Assembly (NCBI GenBank): GCA_965153355.1
Contig: OZ231126.1
Span: 16,864,001-16,928,000, forward strand
Reading direction: 5' to 3'
DNA from: Flaccisagitta enflata
Lineage: Eukaryota
DNA length: 64,000 bases
The notes beneath the pieces were generated by a model, which had not been told where the DNA came from, did no database searches, and worked only from the letters and a program-made list of their open reading frames with translations. Shown piece by piece: positions 1 through 14,801 of this stretch (the stretch's first letter is position 1; each line of letters opens with the position of its first letter). The position numbers were made by a program, and so were the translations under genes.

Positions 1-179
1 GCTGTACAACGTTGTCATGATGTCATACGAGTGCACTGTCAATACTTACTTTTTATGCGCGTTGGTAGGAAGTTTTTTTCCGGTTGGTCGGATCGGACAC
101 GCAAACTTTGGAACTGTGCAAAACGGTCGATTCCGACGTCTTTATACATTCCTGTCACCTCTCATGCCTTTCCAAACGT

Positions 180-985
<806 letters not shown>

Positions 986-1618
986 TTTTATTGGCGTTTG
1001 AGATGTCGTGATCGTCGTCGTCGTGATCGTCTTTGTCGAATTACTTTTCTATCTCAGAGATAACAAACGGAAAAAAACACAATAATAATTAATATGACAA
1101 TTCTTTCCAAAATTTTCAATAAATCCCATGCCAGAGACGGTCTTTAAATGAATGAATAATAACAATTGAAAAAAAAACAACTTTGAATTAAAAATATTAG
1201 TTAAAATTTTGCTACGACGCGGCCAATTTCCCCTTTCTGAATATCTGAATTTCTTATTGTGTTCCACGATAGTGGAACACCAAAGTTCCACAGTTTTCTC
1301 CATCTCCGTCTTTGTGTAATGTACGTCACTAAATTTAGCTTTCTTAAAATGCCCTTTACACAACTCAGTTTTCACCAAATGTCTGTCACACAGCCCAGTT
1401 TTCTCTGAATATCCGTCACACAACCCAGTTTTCTCCGTATATATGTCACACAACCCAGTTTTCTCTAAATGTCCATCACACAACCCAGTTTTCTCCAAAT
1501 GTTTGTTGCACCACCTAATTTTTTTCTGAATCTCCATCACGGAACCCAGTTTTTTCCAAATATCTGTCACACAACCCAGTTTTCTCCTAATGTCCATCAC
1601 ACAACCCAGTTTTTTTCC

Positions 1619-2192
1619 CAGGGGTGTATATAGTTGAGCGGCTTTTGATTTTATTCCCCCCCCCCTGCCTTTGATTTTCTTCCCCGCGACGCGTTGTGTC
1701 GCCTTACAAAATCTTTGATTTTCTTCCCCTCCACTTTGATCTGGGGGCTGAGAAAAACCCGAGATGAATCTAGCATGTTTCAATAGCTTAATTTACATGA
1801 AAAGCATACTTCTAGTTAACCCAGTGAGATGAAATTTTAACTGAAGCTCTGCAAAACCATCGGCTTTCTTCATGTAAAATTTCATCTCACTAGGGCAACT
1901 AGAAGTATGCTTTTCATGTAATTTAAGCTATTGAGATTCATCTCGGGTTTTTCTCAGCCCCCAGATCAAGGTGCCCTCAAAGCTATAAAACAATACATTT
2001 TAGGTTTAAATAGTGTTGAATAGTATTGTAGTAATTGCATTTTACCTTTTAGTACTACCAAAAGTGTTAGATCTTCAAAAATTTTCTTTTTTCTTTTTTT
2101 CAAACTTCTGATTTTCTTCCCAATCTCCAAACCCTTTGATTTTATTCCCCCCCCACCGGGGGGGGGGGAATACTCAACTTTATACACCCCTG
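1619..2192. mobile_element. hAT-like MITE; related copy at 15115-15359
   Basis: TIR CAGGGGTGTATA...TATACACCCCTG; 8-bp TSD TTTTTTCC (1611-1618 and 2193-2200). The second copy has TSD GTCTTCAC/GTTTTCAC. Confidence 0.85.
1732..1973. mobile_element. Palindromic Transib-like MITE; degenerate copy at about 4815-5015
   Basis: CAC...GTG termini, near full-length palindrome, 5-bp TSD CCCTC (1727-1731 and 1974-1978). Confidence 0.8.
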
Positions 2193-2819
2193 TTTTTTCC
2201 GAATGTTTGTCACACAACCCAGTTTATTTCCAATTGATTATTATACAACCTAGTTTTTTTTAAATGTTCATCACACAATCTAGTTTTTTCCAAATGTCCA
2301 TCACACAACCGAATGTATGTCACACGACCCAGTTTTCTTCAAATATCCGTCACATAACCCAATTTTCTCCAAATATTCATCACACAACCCATTTTTCTCC
2401 AAATATCCATCACACAACCTAGTTTTCTCTAAATGTCCGTCACACAACCCAGTTTTCTCCAAATGTCCATTACACAACCCAGTTTTCTCCAAATGTCTGC
2501 CACAGGCGCCCACAGGTGGTAGTTAGGCCACATATAAGCATTCATTATTGACAACAAAGACATGTTCGGTTATTGATATTAAAGATTTTCTTTTTCATGC
2601 CCAATCAAGTTTTCGTGGAACACATTATGGCGATCGCCACTGGTTATTTTCTTCTTTTTCCATCGTTGCCTAACGCTAATGCTTTGGAAGATATCTTTTT
2701 TTCAAAAGCAATTATAGATTCAGTCGTCATGTCCGAAAAAAGCTTTTCCCCCACTTCTGGTAAATACACAAAGACCACATACAGATAGACAGACAGACAG
2801 TAAGACAAACGTGTTGTTT

Positions 2820-2990
<171 letters not shown>

Positions 2991-3003
2991 CGCGCGTGTG
3001 TGC

Positions 3004-3096
<93 letters not shown>

Positions 3097-5075
3097 CGCG
3101 ATGGAAACCGAAAACCATCTCCATTTCAGAAAACGATTTGACATCGGAAAAATATCTAGCAATAAAACAAGGCCGGAAACACGGCCAATACCAGTTGCGG
3201 ACGGGTTGGCAGGGGCGGAAATGCCCGTTTTCACACTTTTCAACTCGCTGGCCCCGGACGGACCAACGGACCAACCCTCTTGTAGAGTTGCGTGTCCGCA
3301 ACTAAAAATATCTAGCAATTACCAGTGTCCCATATGACATTTTTCGGCAGTAGCAATCTTAGCTGGAAATGCAAGAAGTACACGCACATCTTTCGCCGTA
3401 CGTTTTCCTACATAAACTTAATAATAGGGGGCAGGCCTCTTGATTCTGGAGCAGCGAGCAGCGCGCTTGTCGGCTGGGGGGGTCGGTAACAACGAACTTT
3501 GGAAATGCCATTCGGACATATGACCAAAGTGTGCACAAAAACGATATATAAACACATGTGAAAGGAAAAAGGAGTAACACCATATCATTTACAGTCGTGC
3601 CACACCCCTTATTTACATTGTAATGAATAGGGAGTAGGAAGAGGAAGAGGAAGCTCCTATACTTTACTATGGGAAAGGTAGGGTTGGCACGACTATAAAT
3701 GATAAAATCTCATGAACTTTTCCTTCTAGTTCTCAGGTTGTTTAGTGATTGCGTATGGTCTGGTGATATGTCCGATTGGCATTTCCAAGTAGGTTCTCGC
3801 CCCATTATCAGCAGGAAGTAAGGAAGAAATCAGCAGGTCCCGGAGGTAACGCTAGAGGAAGAAAGAAAGAAAAGAAGGAAAGAAAGAGAAGAAAGTGCAA
3901 GAATAGCTTTTGAAGTCAGCATTAGATAATTATGATTATCGCTCCGTTCATTCGTTGCTGATTTGGACCACAATCAATTCGAATTAGATCTATCACTTAA
4001 ACAAAATCTTTTTTTTTTTAGAAATAAAGAATGAAGGAAATTTCTTGAACACGAGAAAGTTATATACACCGTTTTGCGTTTTATGTAGCCTTCGTCATCA
4101 GATTTTTACTTATTAATAAATTTAAAAAAAAACAAAAGATAAAAATGAAATTGTTTGTTCTTCCGACTCGACCACCGACTCGGCTAGCTCTTTAGATGAC
4201 GCGAGCCTGCCGAGACGAGGAAGCAGGGATGTCTTGGACTCAGGTCTAGTCCCCAAATTGCTGACTGCAGGCATCGCTCGCTCTCTCGCTTAAGCATGGT
4301 ACTACATTTATCTTTTACAATGGAAATATCCTTGCATAAAACTGGTACACAGTTTTGAGTTTCTGTTGTTAAACAATTTATTTTCTCAAGCATTAAAGCG
4401 TGTAGGGAAAACTTAATCCGTGGAGTAAATTATATCGAAATCAGACAGGCTATCTTATAAAATTAAAACGAATCAGACAGGCTATCTTATAAAATTAAAA
4501 CGACAATCGACTATCATAAAGCGGTAGAGGGGGGATGCTTCATTTTTAGTCGCGGACACGCGACTCTATAAGCCACTTTTCAGTCCGTTGGTCTGTCGGT
4601 CGGTCACAAAACTGTTTTTCGACTTTTTCCACTCCTGCTTACCTGCATCCACGCGAGCCCTTTGTAAGCAATTGCAGCTTACGTCCGCGACTAATGCTGC
4701 CGTGTATACGGCCTTGTTAAAAGTCGGCAGCGTCGGCAGCGTTAATTTTGCTTCTCGGCAGAAAAGAAGAACCATGAGGCCTGATAGGCGGTGTCAGTCC
4801 ATCTTTTCACCTAACCTTGATCTGGTGGCTTAAAAAAACCCGAGATGAATCTCAATAGCTAAAATTACATGAAAAGCATACTTTTCGTTGCCCCAAAGAG
4901 ATGAAATTTTGCCAATGAGAGCCGATGGTTTTGCAGAGCTTCAGCTTTTCATGCAAATTAAGCTATTGAAAAATGCCAAATTCATCTCTGGTTTTTCTCA
5001 GCCCCCAGATCAAGGAATTCTTATGGCGAATACCATATTTTTCAAGAAATAATGGAAATGTTCAGTTTTAGAATA

Positions 5076-7288
5076 CGGCGACTAAAGTCTGTAGTAGTAA
5101 CATCTTGAACGATCTGCATCATTTCCTGTGCCCCAAGTTGCTGAAAAAATCGCCCACCTCCACTATGTATGTCATCTATACAAGACCTAAGAATTTCTGG
5201 CCAAAACTCGGGTTTATCATCTTTTTTTGATCCTTTGAGTGTCATCTAACATGATAAATGCTTTGGTCACAACAATATAAGATGGTTGGTAATGCTGATT
5301 GATATAGATGTGTGCAAAAAACAGTGCAAAAGAGAGTGAAACAAAAAAGAAAACAGTGGTTGCTGCAAGTTGCTGCACTTTGGGGGACTAATTGTGGCAA
5401 GTTCCTGATATTTGAAATTACAGAATAACAAAGGAAAACATATTTTGAAGGTAATGATTTCTTGGGTGATTGCAGTTTTCATTTTATAAATTGACACTTG
5501 CTTAGATAATTTTTGCTCAGCAATCTGCAGCATGAAAATAAGCTTCTACGGCTTCCTTACATTTGCAGCAATGTCCTACAGACTTTGAAAATTTGATCAA
5601 AAAGGCGCTTGAGACCACAATTTGGTGGACGAGATTTCCTGAATGATCTCAGTATGAACTTTGTAACTATTTGTCTGCTGCATCTGGTATATTTCACCTT
5701 TGCAGCAATCTGCAGCAAGCTGAAGTAAGGGTGCAGAAAGCTGCAGCAAGTTGCAACCAGTAAGCAAGCTCCTTGATATATTTTACCATTCCAACTAGCT
5801 TTTATCGCTTTTGAAAATTTGGTTAAAAATATTTTTGAAAACACAATTTGGACAATATGATCTTCTGATTAAAGCCAGTTTTAACTTGTTGATTGTCTTT
5901 TTGGAGATATTATCCTATGCAGCAAGCTGCAGCAAGAACGCTGCTTGGGATACTTTTAGTAGCTTGCTAAGCTACTCAATAGGAGGATGTGTCCCTTGGA
6001 AGGTTAGTCTGTGTTTCTGGATTGTGAAAATTAAGATGACAGAAAATTGACCAGACTTGCAATTTCTGAGCATTACTGCGCCTGCCCTGCCACAAAACAG
6101 CTCCCACCCACTCTCATACTACCCCAGCCCACCTGCATTACTGCCCCTGCCCACTCACAAGCGACTACTTATCGGCCGTGTATCCAGCCTTGTTCCCTTG
6201 CTACAGGGTGGCGCAGGGAAGCATAAGGCAAGCGGTCTGGGATATTTTACCTGCGCAGCACCCTTACATTTATCTTGAACATTTAAGCTAGGGTTACATT
6301 TCCTTTTACAGATGACACACACAAACAATCCTAGGTGAGTATCATGGACAGCCAAATGACGGACAGACAAACAGATGGAAAATGCCTATCAAAGTGTTGC
6401 GTTTCCGCAACTTAAAATATAACAAATATAATGCTACTGAAAAGCGAGATTGAGGATATGATTTCCTGAGTGATTTCATTTTCAGTCTCGCGACTCTATA
6501 AAAAAGTATGAAAAGAATATTTTGTTTGCTGTCTATAAGTAACTTGTGGGATAAAGTAACGTTAGGGGGTTTTTTTCATCAGGGTGGGATTTAGTGGTCT
6601 GTGCTGCCTTGATCTCCTTGCGCTTTGATTGGTATTATGCCCGATTTACTGCGATACTTATATTTTAATCTCGCAACTGTAACCCTGTATCAATATGTAT
6701 TGACATTGCTTGTGCTATGGAAAAGTAGAGTGTTTTTTGGTACTTAAGTTTGTCCAGCCACCCAATCTTCCCTACTACGAAACTTACCTGTGTCCGTTTT
6801 TCCATTTATGTAACCCTCCAGTTTGAAAGAGTAAGTTACAATCCTGCCCCCCCCCCCTTGGCAATGATTCTGTAACTCCTTGTTGCCTAAAGAATTAGAT
6901 AAAGAAGGGATTAAAAAATCAACATATGGACCAAACAGGTGTATAGTAGCTCAGGCTAGCAGATTGCTTTACCGTGTTTGAACGGGGGGAAGTTAGTCAA
7001 CCGCAACATTTTTTTAAACAAAAATAATGAAATAAATGACTAACACAGGGGAGAAAAACCAAACTTCGTTATTTTTTGTAGTATATATATTAAACACTTT
7101 ATGGATCAAAAGAGATATTGACAGGAAGCTTGATATTTTTCCGCACATGCAGCTTAGTTGGTTGGGCTTTCTACAGACAAAAACTCATTTTACTTATTTT
7201 ACAAGTTCTGCTAATCATACAAGTGACGCGGGGTCGCGGACAGGTGGGCAGGGGCATCTTATACCCAGTCTCAACCCCCCCACCTTCC

Positions 7289-7320
<32 letters not shown>

Positions 7321-10300
7321 TGCAGCATCATGAATGCACATTTTTTTTTCGCGTTTTCAACATGATCGATGGACCAATGGATGGACCAACAGGCGGACAA
7401 AACTGTTTATAGAATTGCTAGTCCGCGATTTAAAAAAGTAGTAGTGAAAGTTCGAATTAATAAGCATTCTGGGTCCAGGCTTGATGCGCTAAGTAAGTTG
7501 CTCAATGTTATTTTAGTAACATGAATTCATAAGATGCTGAGGACACAATAAGATTCAGATGAAAAGAATACGGTAAGCGATTATAGCATTCAGGTTTGTT
7601 TTGATCGGAGGCCAGCAAACTTATTGCTTTTTTGTCGATATGCAATAAGGAACATGCCTCTACAAGAGGTCCGTCAATCCGTCAGTTCCTTCTGTTTGTC
7701 CGTTTCACCTGAGTAAAAACTATTTCTTGGCTATTTTTTGCCACAGTGAGATCCTACACTATGTAAAAGGATCAACAAAGGTGTTTTGAGAGCCTCCTTC
7801 TTTACTCTGTCTGTCTGTTTGTTGATCTGTCTCACCATATATGTCACATGTTTTGCGCCAGAATCAATACTCGCAGAGACACAGTCTGGATGCATCATTG
7901 CCCGATTGGGCTTGTTTGTGAGTAGGAACACTCAACCTAGAAATTTAAGTTGGTGCAATTTTTAGATGCGTGCTAGCAACTGTTTAAGTCGCTCGTCAGT
8001 TGCGTGCCATGTACCTCTATACCCCACTTTGTCCGTTCAATGTGGTCACCAAGGGTGGTTCAGGGCCCTCAGGGTGGCTGCTCTGCCTCCTCACACTCAC
8101 TATCATAATCATGCATAGTTAGGCATTGGGTGCAAATGAACATAATAGAAAATGGTGATGTTGATCTAAAGATGTATCTTTTTGAATCTATGCAATTTTA
8201 CTCTACACCCCGCATTATCAGTCTGTTTGTGTGTTGGTCGGTCCATTGGTCCATCTGTCTGTCCGTTGGTCACACTTAACTTTTTTGTTTTCTTTTGTGG
8301 TGTTTGGCCTCTCTGCTCCTGCCCAAATGATCTGGTGACCTCAATTACGGCCCCTGCCCACCCGTACACAACTGGGGTAGCCGTGGATCTGGCCTTTTTT
8401 GTTGGACACGCAACTCTACACCTTGCCATGTCGGTCGGTCTGTTGGTCGGTCAGTCGGTCACATTTTTGAATTCCAAGCAGTTTTTGCTATCACGGGTCC
8501 CAAAAGGCGTTTGTATGGGTTCGACAGGGGTCTTCAGCTTTTATTCTTATCTAGTTCTGCCACTTTGATGAGGGAAGCTAAACAGATAACTAGGTCCTTC
8601 ATCGTCAAAACTGCTTAAATTTTGGCCATTTTTTCCCATTTTAAGCCTTTTGGAGCATCTAGGGGCCCCTTGAATGGGTCCCTGAGGGGCCCCTGACCTT
8701 TTCTTTTGATGTTCCACACCAGATGACAGTATCTTTACCCTCCAAACAACATTTGAGAAGAAACAACTCCAAAACCCTCATTTTTGGGCAGCGGCCCCGA
8801 AGGGGCCGATGACCTATGCTTTCACACATAGGGGAAATTTCTCCTCCTTCTCCTTCTCCTCCGTCCGTCCCCCCCCCTTGAGGCTCAAACCCCAGCCTCG
8901 AGGCTCAAACCCCAGCCTCGAGGCTCAAACCCCAGCCTTAAGGCTATAACCCCAGCCTCGAGGCTCAAACCGCAGTCTCGAGTCTCAAATCCCACCGTTG
9001 AGGCTCAAATCCCAGCCTTGAGGCTAAAATCCCAGCCTCGAGGCTCAAATCCCAGTCTAAAGGCTTAAATCCTAGCCTCAAGGCTCAAATCCCAGCCTCG
9101 AGGTTCAAATCACAGCCTCGAGGCTCAAATCACAGCCTTGAGGCTCAAATCCCAGCCTTGAGGTTCAAATCCCAGCCTTGAGGCTCAAATCCCAGCCTCA
9201 AGGCTCAAATTTAGGCCTCGAGGCTCAGATCTTGGCCTCGAGGCTCAAATTCTGGCCTCGAGGCTCAAATTCCGGCCTTGAGGCTCAAATTCCGGCCTTG
9301 AGGCTCAAATCCCAGCCTCAAGGCTCAAGTCCCAGCATCATGGCTCAAATCACAACCTTGAGGTTCAAATCTTAGCCTGGGGGCTCAAATCACAGCCTTG
9401 AGACTTAAATCCATAATTTATGCTCAAATTCAAGCCTAGAGCCTCAAAACCTACTAAGCATAGGTCATCGGCCCCTACGGGGCCGCTGCCCCTCTCACCA
9501 TCACACATCAACATATGCTCACATAGGGGCAACGGGTACCGCTGACCATCTAACGCTTTTGCGACTATTTGGGCTATTATCAGCTGTTTAGGTTATTTGG
9601 GGGCCCTTTGAGGAACCCGGGAGGGCCCCACAGACATATGAATCAATCTAACAATCAATCATTCAAACAATTAATCAATCATCAATCCAATAAACAGTAA
9701 ATAAGTGCAGTCCAACAATGTATCAAAGAAGAATAGTGTAATAATGTCAAGATTTGGTCATTTTTGGCTATTATGAGTTCTTTAGGTCCTCTGGATGGGC
9801 CCATCAGGGGTCTTCAGCCTTCTTATCTAATCCTGCTGCTCTGATGAGGGAAGCTAAACTGATAACTAGGCCCTTCATTGTCAAAGATGGCAAAAAATGG
9901 ATAAAAATGCTTAAATTCTGATCATTTTTGCCCATTTTAAGCCTTTAGGAGCATCTAGGGGCCCCTTGAATAGGTCCCTGAGGGGCCCCTGACCTTTTCT
10001 TTTGTTGCTCCAAACCAGGTGACAGCATCTTATCATAGAATTGTCCTCCCCAATAACATTTGAGAAGAAACAACTCCAAAACCCCTTATTTCTTAGCCAT
10101 TTTCAGCTATTTTGGTCATTTGGGGGCCCTTTGAGGACCCCCGGAGGGCCCCACAGGGACCCCTATCAGCTACTTCTCCTTTTTTTATGTTCTACTACTT
10201 AATATCTTTCAAACAAGACCAGCCCCAAGGATTTTTACCAATTTGTCAAGGAATAGAAAAGAAAACATTTTACAATATGCAGTGAAAAGAGGTAAAATTG

Positions 10301-10436
10301 CAGCGATTTCAAAGGGAATGTTGATCGTTCACATAGATGATAAAGATGCTGGATGTGGGCGATTTTTTCAACATTTTTAGGTCCATCAGACGTTTCAGAT
10401 TGTTGAGAGAGATGTTCCACCAGACATTGGTCGCCG
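5076..10436. mobile_element. Old TIR element with TA flanks, filled with later insertions
   Basis: Degenerate inverted repeats of about 110 bp, TA|CGGCGAC...GTCGCCG|TA, sharing gaaaaaatcgcccac. Confidence 0.6.
8783..9568 (+). mobile_element. Family A Helentron-like non-autonomous element with a 20-bp satellite core (GAGGCTCAAATCCCAGCCTC)
   Basis: Head GGGCAGCGGCCCCGAAGGGGCCGATGACCTATGC, inverted copy at about 9459-9492, tail GGTACCGCTGACCATCTAACGCTTTTGCGACTATT. Other copies at about 14378-14790, 15072-15853, 28993-29658, 31106-32906, 39541-40397, 40525-41058, 41793-42665, 42822-43392, 57960-58412. Confidence 0.8.
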
Positions 10437-10628
10437 TATGGGTGGTGTATCTCTCTTATTTGCCCCTATGAAGCTCTGCAGTCCCCCCACTACTTATGGC
10501 GAATACCATATTTTTCAAGAAATAATGGAAATGTTCAGTTTTAGAATTGAGAAAATTGGCTGAAATACAGTAAATAGTGATGATTGATAAACAAAAATTG
10601 AGTTTTTCCCTCTCCCTTGACTTTCCTT

Positions 10629-10663
<35 letters not shown>

Positions 10664-10696
10664 GAATCTGGCTCTGACTCTCACACCGGCTGTCTG

Positions 10697-10884
<188 letters not shown>

Positions 10885-10936
10885 CTCTCTCTGGCTCTCT
10901 CTCTCTGGCTCTCTCTGGCTCTCTCTGGCTCTCTCT

Positions 10937-11029
<93 letters not shown>

Positions 11030-11048
11030 CACATTCGTATTCACACAG

Positions 11049-11302
11049 GAGACGCCGACCGGGATCCTTTAGACTCGCCCACCTCTTACACTTTCGAGGG
11101 ATCGAACGACGGCGCCTCATGGAAGATCTTGATCAAGGAGGAGGACACGCCCCCTTACATCGGCCCCGAGGAGACTCGCTATCACGACATCAGAGAGCCC
11201 CAGGAATTCACCATGTATCGACTGACGGTGACTCAGACTGCCTGGTCCAAGTCAGCCGATCTCTGCGGCAGCGTCGTCGTGCGTTGTTTTCAAATGTACT
11301 AA
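11049..11302 (+). CDS. Terminal exon: C-terminal half of the same discoidin-like domain
   Basis: Acceptor tcacacAG at 11047-11048 after a (TC)n tract. Phase 1 matches the 708 donor (G|GA = Gly). Translation GDADRDPLDSPTSYTFEGSNDGASWKILIKEEDT...FTMYRLTVTQT...VVVRCFQMY-stop has the P.....GSNDG..W and YRL.V motifs. TAA at 11300-11302. Confidence 0.82.
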
Positions 11303-11313
11303 AGATTGCATTA

Positions 11314-12432
11314 CACTCCGTATTTTTTATAAGAACATTTTTTATTTTTTACCAATTTTCAGGCTCAAACGTTCTCAAACCGTTCTTATTTTTGTAGCAT
11401 TGGAGATTCTTTATCATAGTTGTAAGCCATACATTATCAATGAAATAAATGTACACTTTTTTCTTTTTATAAGCACGCACCTTTTTCGGCTGAGGCTGGA
11501 CGTGCATAGCGAAATCTCATTTTCGAGGCTAAAATGTGCTTAAATGTGTGCTTATCATTAAATGGTAAATGATTATTAATTATCCTATCCAGTACAGTAC
11601 ACAGTAGTGTATAGAAAATAGTAGAGCATAAAGTATTGTATATTATAGAATGAAATATAGTATAAAATAGAGTAATGAATGTATCTTCAACTGATGATGT
11701 CTTAACTTCATAAAAACCATGGGATAAGATTAGTACCTTGATTTATTATAAACTTTTTTTTAGATTTGAAGTGGTATTTGATATCATGATATATTTTTCT
11801 TTTTTAGTGGTCCTGAGCATTATGTTACAGTAATAAATTCTTAGTAACAATAATATTCAAGCAATAACATTCTTAAATATTATTAGAAATTCAATTTTTT
11901 GTATCAATATCAAAATCCTGAGTACACTGATAGATTGATATTATAGTTGATTATAAATTCTATCAAAGTTTTCTTTGGTTTCTGTGAAATTTCAACTAAA
12001 AATGTCTGAAAATAGGCATATTTTTTGAGAATTCACCAAAAAAAATTTAAAAATTGGAAATCTCAGCCTGGAGCGTGCTTAACAATGTGCTTAAAATTTT
12101 CTAATATCTGAGGCTGGGCGTGCTTATAAACGAGGTGCTTATAAAAAGAAAAAAGTGTACTTTATTCTCATACCATACAAAATTTTGTTTCTGTAAGATA
12201 TGAAATCACAAAAAATGTAATAGATAAAAGTTAACTGGTCTAATTGTTTGGGTTGGAGGATTCTGTACAACTTTTTTTGATTGTTTCCTTTAAAAAATTA
12301 TATCAAAGCGCACTTTAGAGTATATTTTTGCCAAAATCTGAGCCTGAGGATGTTCTTAGGATGTTCTTATTTTGTCACCAAATCTGAGGCGGATTTTCTT
12401 ATAAACAGTGTTCTTAGACAAAATACAGCGTG
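11314..12432. mobile_element. TA-flanked MITE (Tc1/mariner-type) containing a related MITE at 11454-12157; relative at about 47516-47936
   Basis: Outer TA|CACTCCGTATT...AATACAGCGTG|TA; inner TA|CACTTTT...AAAAGTG|TA with shared TTATAAG/GCCTCA motifs. Confidence 0.7.
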
Positions 12433-12845
12433 TATAGATACACTGCATCTAGCAAATATTTACATGTGCTTAATGCTATTCGCCGTTTCCCATTAATGTG
12501 TTGATGTGTATTTATCACGGCCTTTTTTACGTAAAGAAATTGTTCCGCCAGTAAGTAAATGGCTACAGTGGGTTTTGGGCGGAGACAGTCGTAACTGGGC
12601 CAAGATATTGAGGTACCATCGATTGATTTTTCAACGATGTTTTGAGTTAGATTGAAAAAGGTTTTTCTGAATTCTGAGTATGCTTATTGAAAACTAGAAG
12701 TGTTGCGCATGCGCGTATTTAGTGACTATTTACTAATCAGTAAGGGTGCAAAATGGAACTGCACTGCTCAAGGTTTTCTTCCATTTTTCGGGTACAGTGA
12801 ATGTTAGGGGTGGGTTAGGTTTTACTTTTTTGCATTTCAAGTATA

Positions 12846-13013
12846 CAGTAGGATCCCGCCTCATTAGGACTGAAGACTTTTCACCTTTATCTCCGGAAAA
12901 CCTTTTTAAAGAGAGGTGAAATGACATTAAAAACTATCATTTGAGACCTCAAATATTGACCTTTATTAATGGGGAACCTTTAAAAGCGAGGCTGTTTTTG
13001 CGGGGTTCCACTG
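12846..13013. mobile_element. Short pogo/Tigger-like MITE
   Basis: TA|CAGTAGGATCCCGC...GCGGGGTTCCACTG|TA. Confidence 0.6.
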
Positions 13014-13687
13014 TACTTGAATTTATGCTTCGCCCTCAGCGAGATTTTCGGGAGAAAATAAGATTTACGTGATCGTCTCCGTCACGATAGTCAAAAGATT
13101 CCTCTAAATAGCTGCCCCTATATCGCCTAATTGTAAACCATTTGTTATTTCTCTGTTTATGGCGTCTCTTTAAATTCATATGTTTTTGTTTATGCGTTAC
13201 GAGATAAATGACTGTGTATATTTAAATATTGATGAGAATATCTGCTTTAATTAGGAAAGTATGACGAAAAAATTTTTTTTCTCCGAAACCACAATTATTC
13301 GTATCAATCGATGGTTGTTACGCCTTACCTAGTCGTCAAACTCATTAGCACTTTCAAGTGTAAAAATAAAGTAGGAATTTTCAAAAATGACCCCCTGGTG
13401 ATCAAAGGTTTGCCGAAATGGAAATTTTGTCAATGCTGCTTTCAACATATTTTACCATCATCAAAACGAACCAGAAAATAACAATCAATTTTGGAGGAAG
13501 ACTGCTCCTAAACAAATAAAGCCACAAACCCCAGATTGATCGCATTTTATAGATTTTAAGCTACTTTTTAAAATGATACCAATCTGGCTGACAGAGCTTT
13601 ATTTGTTTAGGAGCAGCACTTTCTCAAAGTTGATGCTTGTTTCCAGGTTAAAGCATTTTTCTTTCAGAACAATGAAAGCACACTCAC

Positions 13688-13811
<124 letters not shown>

Positions 13812-14801
13812 AATATGAAACAGTTTATTGAAACAATTAACAAGGTCAGATGCAATCCAGTCGCGGACGGTTGGGCAGGAGCAGTAATGCAAAAACCGCT
13901 CACAATTCAAACATGTAACGGACGGACCAACAGACTGACCGACTCTGAGAGGTGTAGAGTCGCGTGTCCGCGACTAAAAATTCGAATTCCCATCTTGGAT
14001 GGCGCTGTTGACTTTGAATTGTAGCCTGGTGAAGGCCGTCACATAGGGTTAAAGAAGCAGCTTTTTTCCTGACATCTGATAACCCCCAAACAAAGGTTCC
14101 AACAGTTTTTAATTGTCGAAGTCCGAGCTGGTGTCAAGATCGGCTATCAAGCATATGGACAGGGGCAGTGAAGCCTTATCGCGTTAGCGTTATGGATATG
14201 CAACTAAAACATTAAAGCTCAGCTGATATCTGTAAGGGACTTGGTAAAAAGTGTCTTTTGTTTCAAGAATGAACGAATCTTGACCCTTCTTTTTTCTTAC
14301 CAGCTTTTAGTTGCTACATGACTTTACAACCCGCTATGTAAGTTGGTTGGTCCGTTGGTTGGTTGGTCAGTTTCCTTTTGGGCAGCGACCACAAGGGGGC
14401 TGATGACAACGGTTTCACACATAATGGAAATTACTCCTCCGTTCACTCCTTTTAGGGTTCAAATCCAAGTCTTGAGTCTAAAATCCCAGCCTTGAGGCTA
14501 AAATACTAGCTTTGAGGCTCAAATACTAGCCTCAAGGCTCAAATCTCATTTTTGAGGCTCGAGTCCCAACCTTGAGGCTCAAATCCCAGCCTTGTGGCTC
14601 AAATTCCCGCCTTGAGGCTCAAATCTTAGTAGCGAGGCACAAACCCCAGCTTCAAGGCTCAAATTCTAACCTTGAGGCTCAAATTACAGCCTCCATGCTC
14701 AAATTCCAGCCTCCATGCTCAAATCCCGTCCTTGGTGCTCTTATCCCAGCCTCAAGGCTCAAATTCCAGCCTCAAGGCTCAACGCTTGGAAAAAATTTCT
14801 A

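Larger units (their letters stand above)
1320..2505. repeat. 30-bp minisatellite (CACACAACCCAGTTTTCTCCAAATGTCCGT-like), interrupted by a MITE
   Basis: Units at about 1320-1618 and 2193-2505; source of the EKTGLCDGHL ORF repeats. Confidence 0.9.

Noticed and set aside
1049-2526. ORFs with EKTGLCDGHL repeats
   Set aside because: Translation of a 30-bp minisatellite interrupted by MITEs.
4439-4502. 32-bp perfect tandem duplication
   Set aside because: Ordinary local slippage or repair duplication with no further structure.
8783-8830. Family A/B/C repeats as tRNA-derived SINEs
   Set aside because: No A/B boxes or cloverleaf, no poly-A tail, and empty-site comparisons show no TSD.
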